Source of the DNA: Candidatus Marinacidobacterium sp.
GTDB lineage: Bacteria; Acidobacteriota; Vicinamibacteria; Marinacidobacterales; Marinacidobacteraceae
Length of the DNA: 64,000 bases
Direction: 5' to 3'
Assembly (NCBI GenBank): GCA_965204755.1
Contig: OZ242011.1
Span: forward strand, 2,720,001-2,784,000
Each line of letters starts with the position of its first letter. Position 1 is the stretch's first letter. Position numbers and translations under genes: made by a program. The notes under the pieces are model-generated. The model was not told where the DNA came from, searched no databases, and worked only from the letters and a program-made list of their open reading frames with translations. Positions 32,191 through 42,364 of the stretch are shown here, in pieces.

Positions 32191-32979
32191 TCAGCCTCCC
32201 GACGCGGCGCCGAAGCCGAGCGCCTCGCGCAGGAGTTCCATCCCGCCGAAGAACGCGGTTACCAGCGCCCACAGCGCCGCCGCCACGCCGAAGGAGCGGC
32301 GGCGGGAGACGCCGAGGACGATCGCGAAGCCGATGCCGGTGAGCGCGAGTTCCCAGAGGACGAACAACTCGATGCGGAGGGCGACGGCGCGCGCGACCGC
32401 GCCCAAGTCCGGGACCGCGGCGGCGAGGCTGGAGCGGAGCGGCTCTTCGGCGCGCTCCGGCGGGAGCGGGTAGGAGAACCGCGCGACCGCGGCGGTGAGC
32501 GCCGCGCGCGCCGCGGCCGCCGGCCAGGCGGCGTGCAGCACCGTGGAGTAGATGTGGCGGAAACTGCCTTTCACGCCCAGCAGGCCGAACGCCAGGAGGA
32601 AGACCGCCGCCGCGGCGAGCGGGTTGATCATCGCCCCCAGCGCCCCGAGGATCGGCGCGAAGGCGCGGGCCATGCCCAGCGCCTGCCGGGTGGCCTCCTC
32701 GGTCCGCTCCCGTTCGGCCCGCGACTGGTTGCGGAGGAAACGCGGGGCTTCCTCCAACTGCCGCTCGACCGTGTAGGCGGCGAGGCGGTCGAGGTCGGTG
32801 GCCCGGCTGAGCGCAGTGGCCTCGATGCTTCCGGCCAGCGCGAGGGCGAGGATCGCCGAGGACACCGCCGGCGTCTCCGCGAGCCCGGCGAAGGTCTTTC
32901 CCGGCGCCGTGAACATGGTCAGCAACCGCCGCGCGGAGTCGCCGCGCTTCCGGCCGCCGTTCGCGGGAATGCGATCCAT
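32191..32979 (-). CDS. Yip1-family-like membrane protein
   Basis: MFTAPGKTF followed by several TM helices; located upstream of the adaptor and permease genes. Confidence 0.65.
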   Translation of the reverse strand: MDRIPANGGRKRGDSARRLLTMFTAPGKTFAGLAETPAVSSAILALALAGSIEATALSRATDLDRLAAYTVERQLEEAPRFLRNQSRAERERTEEATRQALGMARAFAPILGALGAMINPLAAAAVFLLAFGLLGVKGSFRHIYSTVLHAAWPAAAARAALTAAVARFSYPLPPERAEEPLRSSLAAAVPDLGAVARAVALRIELFVLWELALTGIGFAIVLGVSRRRSFGVAAALWALVTAFFGGMELLREALGFGAASGG

Positions 32980-33253
32980 GTCGGCGACTATATGGCCGCC
33001 CCCCTCGTCGCCTGTCGCCCCCTGTCGTCGCCTGTCGTCGTCCGCCCGTCGTCGTCCGCGCCTATCGTCGTCTGCCGGCCGTCGGCCGCCCGCCCGCGGC
33101 TGTCCGCCCGCCGCAGAGCCGGCGCCGCGCGAGCGGCTCCCTATAATCGGAAACCCTTCGCTCCCAGCCGTCCCGGCGCCCGGAGCGGTCGAACGGGCCG
33201 CCGGGACCGGGAACCCGACCCTCGAACTTCGACCGGAGAACAGGCCGAACCGC

Positions 33254-34846
33254 ATGAACCTTCGTCACCTCCGCCGCCTCGCCGGCGCGCTCGCGCTGGG
33301 CGCCTTCGCCGGGGCCGCCGCTTCCGCGCAGGACCTCGAAACCCTCCGCCCGGCCGCCGGCGAAGGCGCCGCCGAGCACGCGAAACTCGTCCAGGAGATC
33401 GTGGATTCCCTCTACAGTTTCGGCGAACTCGGTTTCCAGGAAATCGAAACCTCCCGTTACCTCACGGAGATCCTCCGCGAACACGGGTTCACCGTGGAGG
33501 ACGGCATCTCCGGCATCCCGACCGCGTGGCTCGCGCGCTGGGGTTCGGGTTCGCCGGTCATCGCGCTCGGCAGCGACCTCGACGGGATTCCCGGGGCGTC
33601 GCAGAAACCCGGAGTCGCCTACCACGACCCGCTGGTCGAAGGAGCGCCGGGGCACGGGGAGGGACACAACTCCGGGCAGGCGGTCATCATCGCCGGGGCG
33701 CTCGCGGTCAAGGACATCATGGAGCGCCAAAACCTCCCGGGAACGATCCTCATCTGGCCGGGAGTCGCCGAAGAAGTCGTCGGGACGAAGGCCTGGTTCG
33801 TCCGTGACGGGCACTTCGCCGAGGTGGATGTCTGCATCTTCACGCATGTCTCCTCGCAGTTCGGCGTGAGTTGGGGGCAGGGCGGAGGCAACGGGCTCGT
33901 CTCGGTCGAATACACCTTCCGGGGCGAGGCGGCGCATTCCGCCGGCGCTCCCTGGCGCGGACGCAGCGCGCTCGACGCGGTCGAAATCATGAACACCGCC
34001 TGGAACTTCAAACGCGAACACCTGCGCCTGCCGCACCGCTCCCACTATGTGATCACGAACGGCGGCGCCCAACCGAATGTGGTGCCGCAACTCGCTTCGG
34101 TCTGGTACTACTTCCGCGAACTCGACCAGCCGATGATGAAGGAACTCTTCGAACTCGGCAACACGATGGCGGAAGCGGCGGCGGCGATGACTTCCACCGA
34201 GGTTTCCTGGCGCATCCTCGGACACGCCTATCCGCGTTACTTCAACAAGCCGGTGGCGGAAGCGGTCTGGGCGAACATCGAGCGTGTCGGGCTGCCGGAA
34301 TGGAGCGAAGCCGACCAGGCGCTCGCGCACGCGCTGCAGCGCGAACTCGGCGTGGAGGAGCGGGGGCTCCCCACGGAACTGGGCGAGATCCGCGGGCCGG
34401 CGGCAGAGCCGCGTCTCGGCGGCGGTTCGGACGACATCGGCGACATCAGTTGGAACATGCCGACGGTCACGCTGCGGTTTCCGTCGAACATACCCGGCGG
34501 GCCGGGACACCACTGGGCGAACGGGGTGGCCATGGCCACGCCCATCGCGCACAAGGGCGCGGTCGCCGGCGCAAGCGTGGTCGCCATGACGCTGATGGAC
34601 CTGCTCCTCGATCCCGAACTCGTTCCGGCGGCGAAGGAATACTTCGCGGAACAGACCGCGGAGCACCAGTACGCGCCGCTCATCGGCCCGGACGATCCGC
34701 CGGCGATCCACCTGAACGCGGAGCGGATGGAGTCGTTCCGCGAGGCGATGCGCCCGTTCTACTACGACCCGGAGCGGTACGACACCTACCTGGAGCAGTT
34801 GGGGATCGAATACCCCACGGTGCGGGAGAAAGGGCCGGGGAACTGA
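33254..34846 (+). CDS. Secreted M20 amidohydrolase (AbgB-like)
   Basis: Signal peptide; ELGFQE, GHGEGHN, AEE, HSAGAPW.GRSALDA, GSDDIGDISW. Confidence 0.85.
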   Translation: MNLRHLRRLAGALALGAFAGAAASAQDLETLRPAAGEGAAEHAKLVQEIVDSLYSFGELGFQEIETSRYLTEILREHGFTVEDGISGIPTAWLARWGSGSPVIALGSDLDGIPGASQKPGVAYHDPLVEGAPGHGEGHNSGQAVIIAGALAVKDIMERQNLPGTILIWPGVAEEVVGTKAWFVRDGHFAEVDVCIFTHVSSQFGVSWGQGGGNGLVSVEYTFRGEAAHSAGAPWRGRSALDAVEIMNTAWNFKREHLRLPHRSHYVITNGGAQPNVVPQLASVWYYFRELDQPMMKELFELGNTMAEAAAAMTSTEVSWRILGHAYPRYFNKPVAEAVWANIERVGLPEWSEADQALAHALQRELGVEERGLPTELGEIRGPAAEPRLGGGSDDIGDISWNMPTVTLRFPSNIPGGPGHHWANGVAMATPIAHKGAVAGASVVAMTLMDLLLDPELVPAAKEYFAEQTAEHQYAPLIGPDDPPAIHLNAERMESFREAMRPFYYDPERYDTYLEQLGIEYPTVREKGPGN

Positions 34847-34998
34847 GGGGGAGCGGGCGTCCTCATGCCGAGGCGCGGTCTTCCGGCGCCTCGATCAGGC
34901 GCCGCCACTCAGGAGAACCCGTTGGTTGGACTCGATCGCCGGCGGCGCAGCCGACCGCGGCGTCCGGCGCGCGTTCGGGAACTCCGGCGAAACGACGC

Positions 34999-35085
34999 TG
35001 GTGCCGAAGCAGGGATTTGAACCCTGACACTCGCTAGGAGTACTGCGCCCTGAACGCAGCGCGTCTGCCGTTCCGCCACTTCGGC
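34999..35085 (-). tRNA. tRNA-Leu (anticodon CAG)
   Basis: Reverse complement GCCGAAG..CTGCG-TTCAGGG-CGCAG, long variable arm, GGTTCAAATCC, CTTCGGC-A-CCA. Confidence 0.95.
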
Positions 35086-35171
35086 CCGCGTCGTCTTTTC
35101 AATCTTAGCAGTCGACGGCGTCCCCGGAGGTCGGGTTCGGCGCTTCCGGGTCGTCGGCGACCGGCTTCGCG

Positions 35172-37127
35172 GTGAGTTCCCGGGACAGGCGCCGGCGCGG
35201 GCGGCGGGTGGATGTCCGCGCGGCGCCGGCGCGCTTCCGCGGACGGTTCCGGGGGCGTCCGCGAGGCGACGGCCTGGTGGTCCCGGAGGGCGGTGACGCC
35301 GGGGACGAGGAACTCCATCTCACCCGGACGCGGCTCGGCGGGGCGCTTCCCGGGGACCTGGTGGAAGCGGAGGCGCGGTTCCGCGGCCGCTCCGGGCGGC
35401 TCGAAGGCGAAGTCGTCCGCGTGCTGGAACGGGCCGACGCTCCGCTGGTGGGCGTGGTGAGCGGGGACGGCGCGGCCGTGGATGTCTGGGGGCGCGAGTG
35501 GAGCCGGGAAGTGGTCGTCCCGGAGCGGGACCGGCGGGGCGCGCGGCCCGGCGAGTTCGTCGGCCTGCGGGTGACCGGGGCCCCGGCGGTCGGCGGTCGG
35601 CCGGTCACCGGCGAAATCGTCCGCGTCTTCGGCGGCGGGGACGAGCCGGAGGCGGAACTCGCCGCCGCGCTCTTCCGCTTCGGCATCCGCGACGAGTTCC
35701 CGGCGGAGGCGCTCGCGCAGGCGGAGGAGGCGCCGGGCGGCGTGTCGGAGGGCGACCGCGCCGGCCGGGAAGACCTGCGCGGGCGCCTGATCCTGACGAT
35801 GGACCCGAAGGACGCCCGCGACCACGACGACGCCGTCGAAGCGGCGGAGATGCCGGGCGGCGGGTTCGAGGTCGGTGTCCACATCGCCGATGTCGGGCGG
35901 TATGTCCCGGCGGGGAGCCCGGTGGACGAGGAAGCCGCCCGGCGGGGGACTTCCGCGTACTTCCCGGAGCGCGCGGTCCCGATGCTGCCGGAGGCGCTCT
36001 CGTCCGGCATCTGCTCGCTCCGGGCGGGGGTGGATCGGCTCTCGGTTTCGGCGCGGTTGACCGTGGGCGGCGACGGGACGCTGCGGGAGGCCCGGTTCTT
36101 CCGCAGCGTGATCCGGAGCGCCGCCGGGCTCGACTACGGAGAGGGCGCGGCGATGCTCGCCGGAGCGGAGCCGGGGCCGCTCGGCGAGGCGGTGCGGGTC
36201 ATGGGCCGGGCCGCGTCGGCGCTCGCGGCGGCCCGGCGGCGCCGGGGGGCGGTGGACCTCGACCTGCCGGAGCCGGCGGTGGAGACCGATGCCCGCGGGA
36301 ACCTGGTCCGGGTGGGCCGCGCGGAACGGACGGAGGCGCACCGGCTGGTGGAGGAGTTCATGCTGCTCGCCAACCAAGCCGTCGCGGAGCGGCTGGGGGC
36401 GGCGGGCCTGCCGGCGCTCTTCCGGGCGCACGCGGCCCCGCCTCCCGACCGCGCCGCCCGGCTCGAGGACCTGCTCGCGGCCTTCGGGGAGCGGCTGGCG
36501 CCGGCGGGGGCCGCCCTCCGCCCGGCGCACTTCGCCGGGTTGCTGGCCCGGATCGCGAACCGCCGGGAAGCCCCGTTCCTGCGCCGCCGGATGCTCCGCG
36601 CCCTGGCGCTCGCCCGGTATTCGCCGAGGAACGAGGGCCACTTCGCGCTGGCGCTGCCCGACTACCTCCACTTCACTTCGCCCATCCGCCGCTATCCGGA
36701 CCTGCTCGCCCACCGGGCGCTCGCCGCGCATCTCGATGGGGACGACTCCGGCCTCCCGGACGGGGAGACCGTCGCCGAACTCGCCGAGAGTTGCTCCCGG
36801 ACGGAGCGGGCCGCGGAGGCGGCGGAGCGGGCGCTGCTCGAACGCCGGATCACCCGCTTCCTGGCGGCGCGGCTGGGGGACGCGTTCGCGGCGCGGGTCT
36901 CGGCGCTGGGCCGGTTCGGGCTGGAAGCGGAACTCGACGAGGTCCCGGTGACCGGGACGGTTCCGATGGAGACGCTCGCGGACGACCGCTACCGCTTCCA
37001 CCGCCAGACCCACTCCCTGCGTGGTCGGGCCACCGGTCGATCCTTCCGCCTCGGCGACCCGCTCGAAGTCCAACTCGTCCGCGCCGACCGCCGCTCCGGC
37101 GAGTTGGAGTTCGTTCTCGCGGAGTAG
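35172..37127 (+). CDS. rnr: RNase R / RNase II (RNB) family exoribonuclease
   Basis: TMDPKDARDHDDA, HIADV, EEFMLLAN, HFTSPIRRYPDL, C-terminal S1 domain. Confidence 0.88.
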   Translation: MSSRDRRRRGRRVDVRAAPARFRGRFRGRPRGDGLVVPEGGDAGDEELHLTRTRLGGALPGDLVEAEARFRGRSGRLEGEVVRVLERADAPLVGVVSGDGAAVDVWGREWSREVVVPERDRRGARPGEFVGLRVTGAPAVGGRPVTGEIVRVFGGGDEPEAELAAALFRFGIRDEFPAEALAQAEEAPGGVSEGDRAGREDLRGRLILTMDPKDARDHDDAVEAAEMPGGGFEVGVHIADVGRYVPAGSPVDEEAARRGTSAYFPERAVPMLPEALSSGICSLRAGVDRLSVSARLTVGGDGTLREARFFRSVIRSAAGLDYGEGAAMLAGAEPGPLGEAVRVMGRAASALAAARRRRGAVDLDLPEPAVETDARGNLVRVGRAERTEAHRLVEEFMLLANQAVAERLGAAGLPALFRAHAAPPPDRAARLEDLLAAFGERLAPAGAALRPAHFAGLLARIANRREAPFLRRRMLRALALARYSPRNEGHFALALPDYLHFTSPIRRYPDLLAHRALAAHLDGDDSGLPDGETVAELAESCSRTERAAEAAERALLERRITRFLAARLGDAFAARVSALGRFGLEAELDEVPVTGTVPMETLADDRYRFHRQTHSLRGRATGRSFRLGDPLEVQLVRADRRSGELEFVLAE

Positions 37128-37154
37128 TCGGCGCTCCGGGAGTTGTCGCGGCGC

Positions 37155-38963
37155 TCACTGCGCGGTTCCGGCGACCGGGGCGCTCCATTCGCTGACGATC
37201 GGCCCCGTCCCCGCCAGGGCCCCGGAACGGATCTGGAAATACAGGGTCTGGCCGGACTCGGCGCGGACGAAGGCCACGGTCGCGCTCGTGATGTGCAGCG
37301 TCGCGGAAGCCAGTCCGGCGATGCTCGGAGCAACCCGGTATTGGTAGTTGCTCGCGCCGGGGACGCTGTTCCAGACCCATTCGAGCGAGTTCGGGCCCGT
37401 GTTCGCGAGGCGCGGCCGCGGGGCGGCGAGTCGGTTCGGTTCGGGAAGGCTGGTTCCGCTGACGGCCGCGCTCCAGGCGCTCTTCCGGTTCGGCGCCCCG
37501 GCCCGCACCCGCGCATAACCGGTGGTGGCCGGCAGGACGGTGAAGCGGAAACGGGTCGCGGTAACGCTGGCCACCATCGTGGAGGAGAAGTCCCCGGGGA
37601 CGAGACTGAGTTGGATCTCGTACTCCGTCGCCCCGGAGACCGCTTCCCAGCCGAATTCGATGAAATCCGTTCCCGTGGCTGTCACCGTCAGCCCGCGAGG
37701 GACGCCGAGCGCGGTCGGCGGCGGCGGGGGAGTGGCGCCGCCGGAAGCGAGTTCGCAGCCGGCGGCGGTGCAGGCGGCGATTTCGGCGCCGGAGCAGCCG
37801 CCGCCCACGAAGCCGAATTCCAGTTCCGGCTCCACGAGCGAATGCTCGCCGGGCCAGCGGAGGTCCACGGAGTGGCGGGACGCGCCGCCCTGCGGCTCCA
37901 CCCGCCAGCCGGCGAAGTTGAGCACGGAGACCGGGGGCCAGTTGCGTTCGGCCATCCCCGGGGTGAGCAGGTAGGGGGAGCGCTGGAACAGCGTGGCTTC
38001 CGCGGCGGAGGCGGACTGGGTGACGGTGAGGGTGGTGAACAGCAGGCCTTCGTCGAAGGTGCCGTCGCCCGCCGCCAGGGTGGTCGGGGGCAGGGCGCGG
38101 ATCGAGATGCCGGGGCAGGGGGAGGCGCCGCCTTCCCGGATGACGAACCGGGCGTCGTCTCCCAGGCGGACGCCGACGGTTCCCGCCGGCGGGGGGACGA
38201 AGCGGACCAGCCCGGTCTCGTCGTCCTCGGCGAAGCGGGCGTCTTCCGATGCCGTGAGGCGCGCGGAGGTCGTTCCGGAGAGGCCGCGCCCGGCCGGGAC
38301 GGCGACGGCGCTCCGCCCCAGCCGGAACTCCTCCGGGTCGGCGGTTTCCGCGAGCGTGGACAGCGCGAGGTCGAGCGGGGCGGCGAGGTTCCGCACTTCG
38401 TAGCGGATCGGCAGGTCGGCGCCGCCCCCTTCGGGGACTTCCAGCGGCCCCTCCGGCCCGCCGGCGGCGAAGGAGACGAGGACGCCGCCTTCCCGGATGG
38501 AGACCGGCAGGTCGGCGCCGAGTTGCGCGCTCACGCCGGGGTCGGGGACGAACCGCAGCGACAGCGTCTCCGTGCCTTCCTCGAACTCGTCGTCGGCGAG
38601 CGCGGTGAGTTCCAGGGACACCGTTCCGGTGGCTCCCGCTCCGGCGGGGATCTCGACGAACGCGTTCGGCAGGGAGAAGTCGGCGGACTGCGCGGCGCCG
38701 GGCAGCGGGGACACCCGCAGCCGCCAGGGGGCGGCGAGGCTGCGCGCCTCGTAGCGGACCGGGAGGGAGGCGGTGTCCCCCTCGTACACCTCCGCGGAAG
38801 CGACGCCGAAAGTGACCACCGCGGCGACGGGCGGCGGGGGGGCGGGCCCTCCCGGCGTCCCCGGGGCGGTCGCGCCGCCGCCCTCTCCGCAGCCGGCGAG
38901 GGCGCCCGCCGCGGCGGCGGCCGCGGGGAGGAGCGCGAAGCGGCGCCGGCGGGAGCCGTTCAC
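37155..38963 (-). CDS. Surface lipoprotein with two Calx-beta-like and two fibronectin type III-like domains
   Basis: Lipobox LAGC; DDEFEEGTETLSL motif; PRGLTV..IEFGW..YEIQ..YARVRA..SAWS. Confidence 0.75.
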   Translation of the reverse strand: MNGSRRRRFALLPAAAAAAGALAGCGEGGGATAPGTPGGPAPPPPVAAVVTFGVASAEVYEGDTASLPVRYEARSLAAPWRLRVSPLPGAAQSADFSLPNAFVEIPAGAGATGTVSLELTALADDEFEEGTETLSLRFVPDPGVSAQLGADLPVSIREGGVLVSFAAGGPEGPLEVPEGGGADLPIRYEVRNLAAPLDLALSTLAETADPEEFRLGRSAVAVPAGRGLSGTTSARLTASEDARFAEDDETGLVRFVPPPAGTVGVRLGDDARFVIREGGASPCPGISIRALPPTTLAAGDGTFDEGLLFTTLTVTQSASAAEATLFQRSPYLLTPGMAERNWPPVSVLNFAGWRVEPQGGASRHSVDLRWPGEHSLVEPELEFGFVGGGCSGAEIAACTAAGCELASGGATPPPPPTALGVPRGLTVTATGTDFIEFGWEAVSGATEYEIQLSLVPGDFSSTMVASVTATRFRFTVLPATTGYARVRAGAPNRKSAWSAAVSGTSLPEPNRLAAPRPRLANTGPNSLEWVWNSVPGASNYQYRVAPSIAGLASATLHITSATVAFVRAESGQTLYFQIRSGALAGTGPIVSEWSAPVAGTAQ

Positions 38964-40147
38964 CGGATGAAGTCGCTTCCCCGGCGGTCGGGCGGCAGTT
39001 CCAGCGAGACGCCGGAAGTCTCGTCACCGGCCTGCACCGTGACCGGGCTCAGGCGGGCGCCGTTGAGCGCCCGCAGCAGGGCGCCGGCCTCGAGGAGGTT
39101 CTGGTGGGCGTCCACGCGGGTCATCGGGCCTGCGCGGATCAGGTAGTCGCCGGGAACCAGGCCCTCCAGCCGGAACCTGCCGTCCTCGTCGGTGAAGACG
39201 CCGGGGCCGGGGGCGGTCTGTCCGCCCGGCAGGAGGCGGACGCTGCCGACGGCGGCGAAGCGGGCCGGTGAGCCGGAGGCGGTGACCCGGCCGGTGATCG
39301 CGCCGGTGCGACGCTCCCAGCCGCCGGCGGGGCGCAGGAGCGAGGCGGCGACGATGTCGTCGAGGGCGAGGGCGTTGGAGATGTCCAGCCCGTAGGACAT
39401 CTTCGGGGTCTCGCCCCAGATCCCGATGTCCCGGAAGGCGTGGACGATGGTCGGGTGGCGGCCGGAGTGGGCGAGTCCGAGGCAGTGGCCGAACTCGTGG
39501 ATCGTGGTGGTCAGGCTGCGCGGATCGTCGGAGGCGAGCCGCGCCGCCACCGCGGGGATGATTTCGATGTCGCACTCGAAGAGTTCCCAGGGCCCGAAGC
39601 GGTGGCGCCGTTGGAACCACCAGTTGGCGCGGCCGGCGAACCCCTCTTCGTTCGTGGTAACGGTGACGGCGTTGCGGTCGTCCTGCTCGACGCCGGGGCC
39701 GGAAGCGACTCCGGTGAGGCGGAGGCGGATGTCGGCGGTCGGGATCCGGCTCCAGGCCGCCATCGCCTCGCGCACGAACGGAAGGGCGGCGGAGTGGCTG
39801 GCGAAGGGCGGCGGCTGCGCCGCGCCTTCGCCGTCCACCCACGAGTCGGTCCAGCCGGGGTCGTCGGCCAGGAACCACTCCAGCGCGGCGCCGGCCGGCC
39901 AGTACTCGGCGCTCCACCGGGCGGCGCCGTCGGCCCCTGCGATGCGCGAGCCGTCGTCGTAGGCCGGGACGAAGCGGTAGCCGGAGGCGCCGGCCCCGAC
40001 CAGCAGGCCGCCGAGGGCCAACGCCGCGGCCCGCGCGAGTCCCCGCCGGCCGGCGGCGGGGAGGCGGCGACTCGTCCGGCCCGCCCGCGGGAGCGGGCGG
40101 AGGCTCGCGGCGAGGCGGGGCGGGGCGGTCATCGAGGAGGGCCGCAT
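38960..40147 (-). CDS. Matrixin-like (metzincin) metalloprotease with carboxypeptidase-regulatory-like C-terminal domain
   Basis: HEFGHCLGLAHS, Met-turn (KMSYG), GAITGRV..TDEDGRFRLEGL.PGDY; start uncertain. Confidence 0.8.
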   Translation of the reverse strand: MRPSSMTAPPRLAASLRPLPRAGRTSRRLPAAGRRGLARAAALALGGLLVGAGASGYRFVPAYDDGSRIAGADGAARWSAEYWPAGAALEWFLADDPGWTDSWVDGEGAAQPPPFASHSAALPFVREAMAAWSRIPTADIRLRLTGVASGPGVEQDDRNAVTVTTNEEGFAGRANWWFQRRHRFGPWELFECDIEIIPAVAARLASDDPRSLTTTIHEFGHCLGLAHSGRHPTIVHAFRDIGIWGETPKMSYGLDISNALALDDIVAASLLRPAGGWERRTGAITGRVTASGSPARFAAVGSVRLLPGGQTAPGPGVFTDEDGRFRLEGLVPGDYLIRAGPMTRVDAHQNLLEAGALLRALNGARLSPVTVQAGDETSGVSLELPPDRRGSDFIR

Positions 40148-40444
40148 CGGGAGGGTCGCATCGGGAGTGACCGCATCGGGGAGGGCCGCATCGGGGAGAG
40201 CGGCATCGGGCGGGTCGGCGTCGGGCGGGTCGGCATCGGTCGTGGACTCGGACTTTCGGGCACGCGGGGAACCTACCCGGCGGCTACGACAGAAAACGAC
40301 TCCCCGAACGGCCGGTCGCTTCCCGCGCCGGCGGCGGGCCGCGCCCGAGGCGTCCGGGGCCGGGTCGCGGACGGGCGGCGGGCCTCGCCCCCGCCGAACT
40401 TCGCCCTGCCCCCCGCCCCCCGGTCCGCCGTCAGGCGGCGGGCG

Positions 40445-42364
40445 TCACGCGTCGGGGCGGTCCGGGTCGCGGGGGAGGGCCAGCGAGAACACCGAGCCCC
40501 GCCCCGGCTGGCTCGACACCGTGAGCCGGCCGCCCAAGCCCTCCGCGGTGTGGCGGGCGATGGTCAGGCCGAGCCCGGTGCCGCCGACCGCGCGCGAGCG
40601 GGCCGGATCCACCCGGTAGAACCGCTCGAAGATCCGGGCGCGGTGCGCTTTCGGAATGCCCACGCCGTCGTCGCGCACGGAAACGACTACTTCGCCGTCC
40701 CGCGACTTCGTTTCGATCTCGACCCGGCCGTCCTCGGAGGAATACTGCACCGCGTTGTCCACCAGGTTCTGCAGGATCTCGATGAGCAGGTTGGGGTCGG
40801 TGTGGATGGTTTCGTCCTCCGCTCCGCCGGTGACCCGCAGCGTCCGTTCGCCGGCCTTCACCCGCGCCGAGTCCAACACGAACCCGATCACATCGGGCAG
40901 GCGCACCGGCAAGGTCTCCACATCCATCTTGCCGGCCTCGATCCGGGCCAACTTGAGCAGGTCGTCGGTCAGCCGGGAAAGCCGGACCGCGTGTTCCCGG
41001 ATGATGCGCAGGAACCGTTCGTTTTCTTCCGCGGCTTCCACTTTCCCGTCCAGCAGGGTCTCCGCGAAACCCCGGATGGCGGTGAGCGGCGTCTTGAGTT
41101 CGTGCGAGAGGTTCGCCACGAAGTCGCGGCGGACGCGCTCGAGGGCATGGAGTTCGGTCACATCCATGACGACCAGCACGGCGCCTTCCGGCTCGCCGCC
41201 CGCCGCCCCCCCGCCCGACGCCCCCCCGCCCGACGCTACACCGCCCGACGCCCCGCGCTCGCCGTCCCGCCGGCCGTTCGCCGCCTCGGCGGGGGGCCGG
41301 ATCGGCGCTCCCCGCGCGAGCACCTCCCGGCCCCGCACCGAGAGTTCGCGCTCGCGCGCCTTGCCGCGCATCGCCGCCTTCACCATCTTCAGGAGTTGTT
41401 TCTCCTCGAGCACCCGGCGGGCGCCGAGTCCTTCGTATTCCTGCCACGAAGCGCCGGGCAGCGACAGGACTTCGCGGAATGCCCGGTTCACATACTGGAC
41501 GCGCAGGTTCCGGTCGAGCACCGCGACGCCTTCGACCATGCTGGAAAGGATCGTCGCGCCCTGGTTCCGCTCCTGGGTGAGCGAAGTGAAAGTCCGCTCC
41601 AGCGCCGCCGCGGTGCGGTTCAGCGAAACCAGCAACTCGTCCAACTCGTCCGGACGGACGGGCGCGGTTTCGGGAGTGAAGTCCCCCTGCGCGACCCGCT
41701 CCGAAAAGCGAACCAAACGCCCCACCCGGTCGGCGAACTTCCGCGAATACCAGAGCGAGAACCCGCCCCCGGCGAGGGCGGCGAGCAGCGCCGCCAGCGC
41801 CACCGGCGCCAGGATGGCGCGGATCGTCTCTTCGATCCGCACCACCGGTTCCGCGAGCCGCAGCACCACCTCCGGGTACCAGGACGGCCGGACCGCCACA
41901 TAGGTGAGGTCTTCGCCGCGGGTATCGCTGAACCGCTGGGAGCGGCCGTAACCGGAGCGGAACGCGGCGGCGACTTCCGGGCGGTCCGCGTGGTTGTCCA
42001 TCGCCGCCGGATCGTCGTGCGAGTCGGCGAGCACCGCGCCGTCGAGCGCGATCAGCGTGACCCGGCGCTCGGTCCCGGTCGGCGTGGCCGAACTCTCCTC
42101 CGGGGCGGACCCGAACGCCGACAGCCGTATCGCCCAGTCGGCGAGCGACTGCGGCGAGTCGTCCTCCGGCGGGTTCGCGAGCGCCACTTCGGTGATTCCG
42201 TCCAGTCGGGCGAAGGTGGAGGACACGGCGCTCGCGCGCACCACCGACGCAGTGGTCAGCAGCGCGGCGAGGAGCGCGGGCAGCGCGACCGCCAGACTGG
42301 CGAGCGCCAGCCGAACGGCCAGGCGGCGCGGCCGGCGAAGCCGCGCGCGGCGGTCGGGGCTCAG
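40445..42364 (-). CDS. phoR: PhoR-like sensor histidine kinase (HAMP-PAS-HisKA-HATPase)
   Basis: DNHADRPE, RRDFVANLSHELKTPLT, NLVDNA, FERFYRVD..RSR..GGTGLGL; start probably the CTG overlapping the phoB stop. Confidence 0.85.
   Translation of the reverse strand: MSPDRRARLRRPRRLAVRLALASLAVALPALLAALLTTASVVRASAVSSTFARLDGITEVALANPPEDDSPQSLADWAIRLSAFGSAPEESSATPTGTERRVTLIALDGAVLADSHDDPAAMDNHADRPEVAAAFRSGYGRSQRFSDTRGEDLTYVAVRPSWYPEVVLRLAEPVVRIEETIRAILAPVALAALLAALAGGGFSLWYSRKFADRVGRLVRFSERVAQGDFTPETAPVRPDELDELLVSLNRTAAALERTFTSLTQERNQGATILSSMVEGVAVLDRNLRVQYVNRAFREVLSLPGASWQEYEGLGARRVLEEKQLLKMVKAAMRGKARERELSVRGREVLARGAPIRPPAEAANGRRDGERGASGGVASGGGASGGGAAGGEPEGAVLVVMDVTELHALERVRRDFVANLSHELKTPLTAIRGFAETLLDGKVEAAEENERFLRIIREHAVRLSRLTDDLLKLARIEAGKMDVETLPVRLPDVIGFVLDSARVKAGERTLRVTGGAEDETIHTDPNLLIEILQNLVDNAVQYSSEDGRVEIETKSRDGEVVVSVRDDGVGIPKAHRARIFERFYRVDPARSRAVGGTGLGLTIARHTAEGLGGRLTVSSQPGRGSVFSLALPRDPDRPDA

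Noticed and set aside
29638-32979. Missing ABC ATPase in the MacAB-like operon as a novelty
   Set aside because: The ATPase could be encoded elsewhere; this cannot be judged from this window.
34850-35085. tRNA-Leu as an island integration site
   Set aside because: No integrase and no duplicated tRNA 3' end seen.
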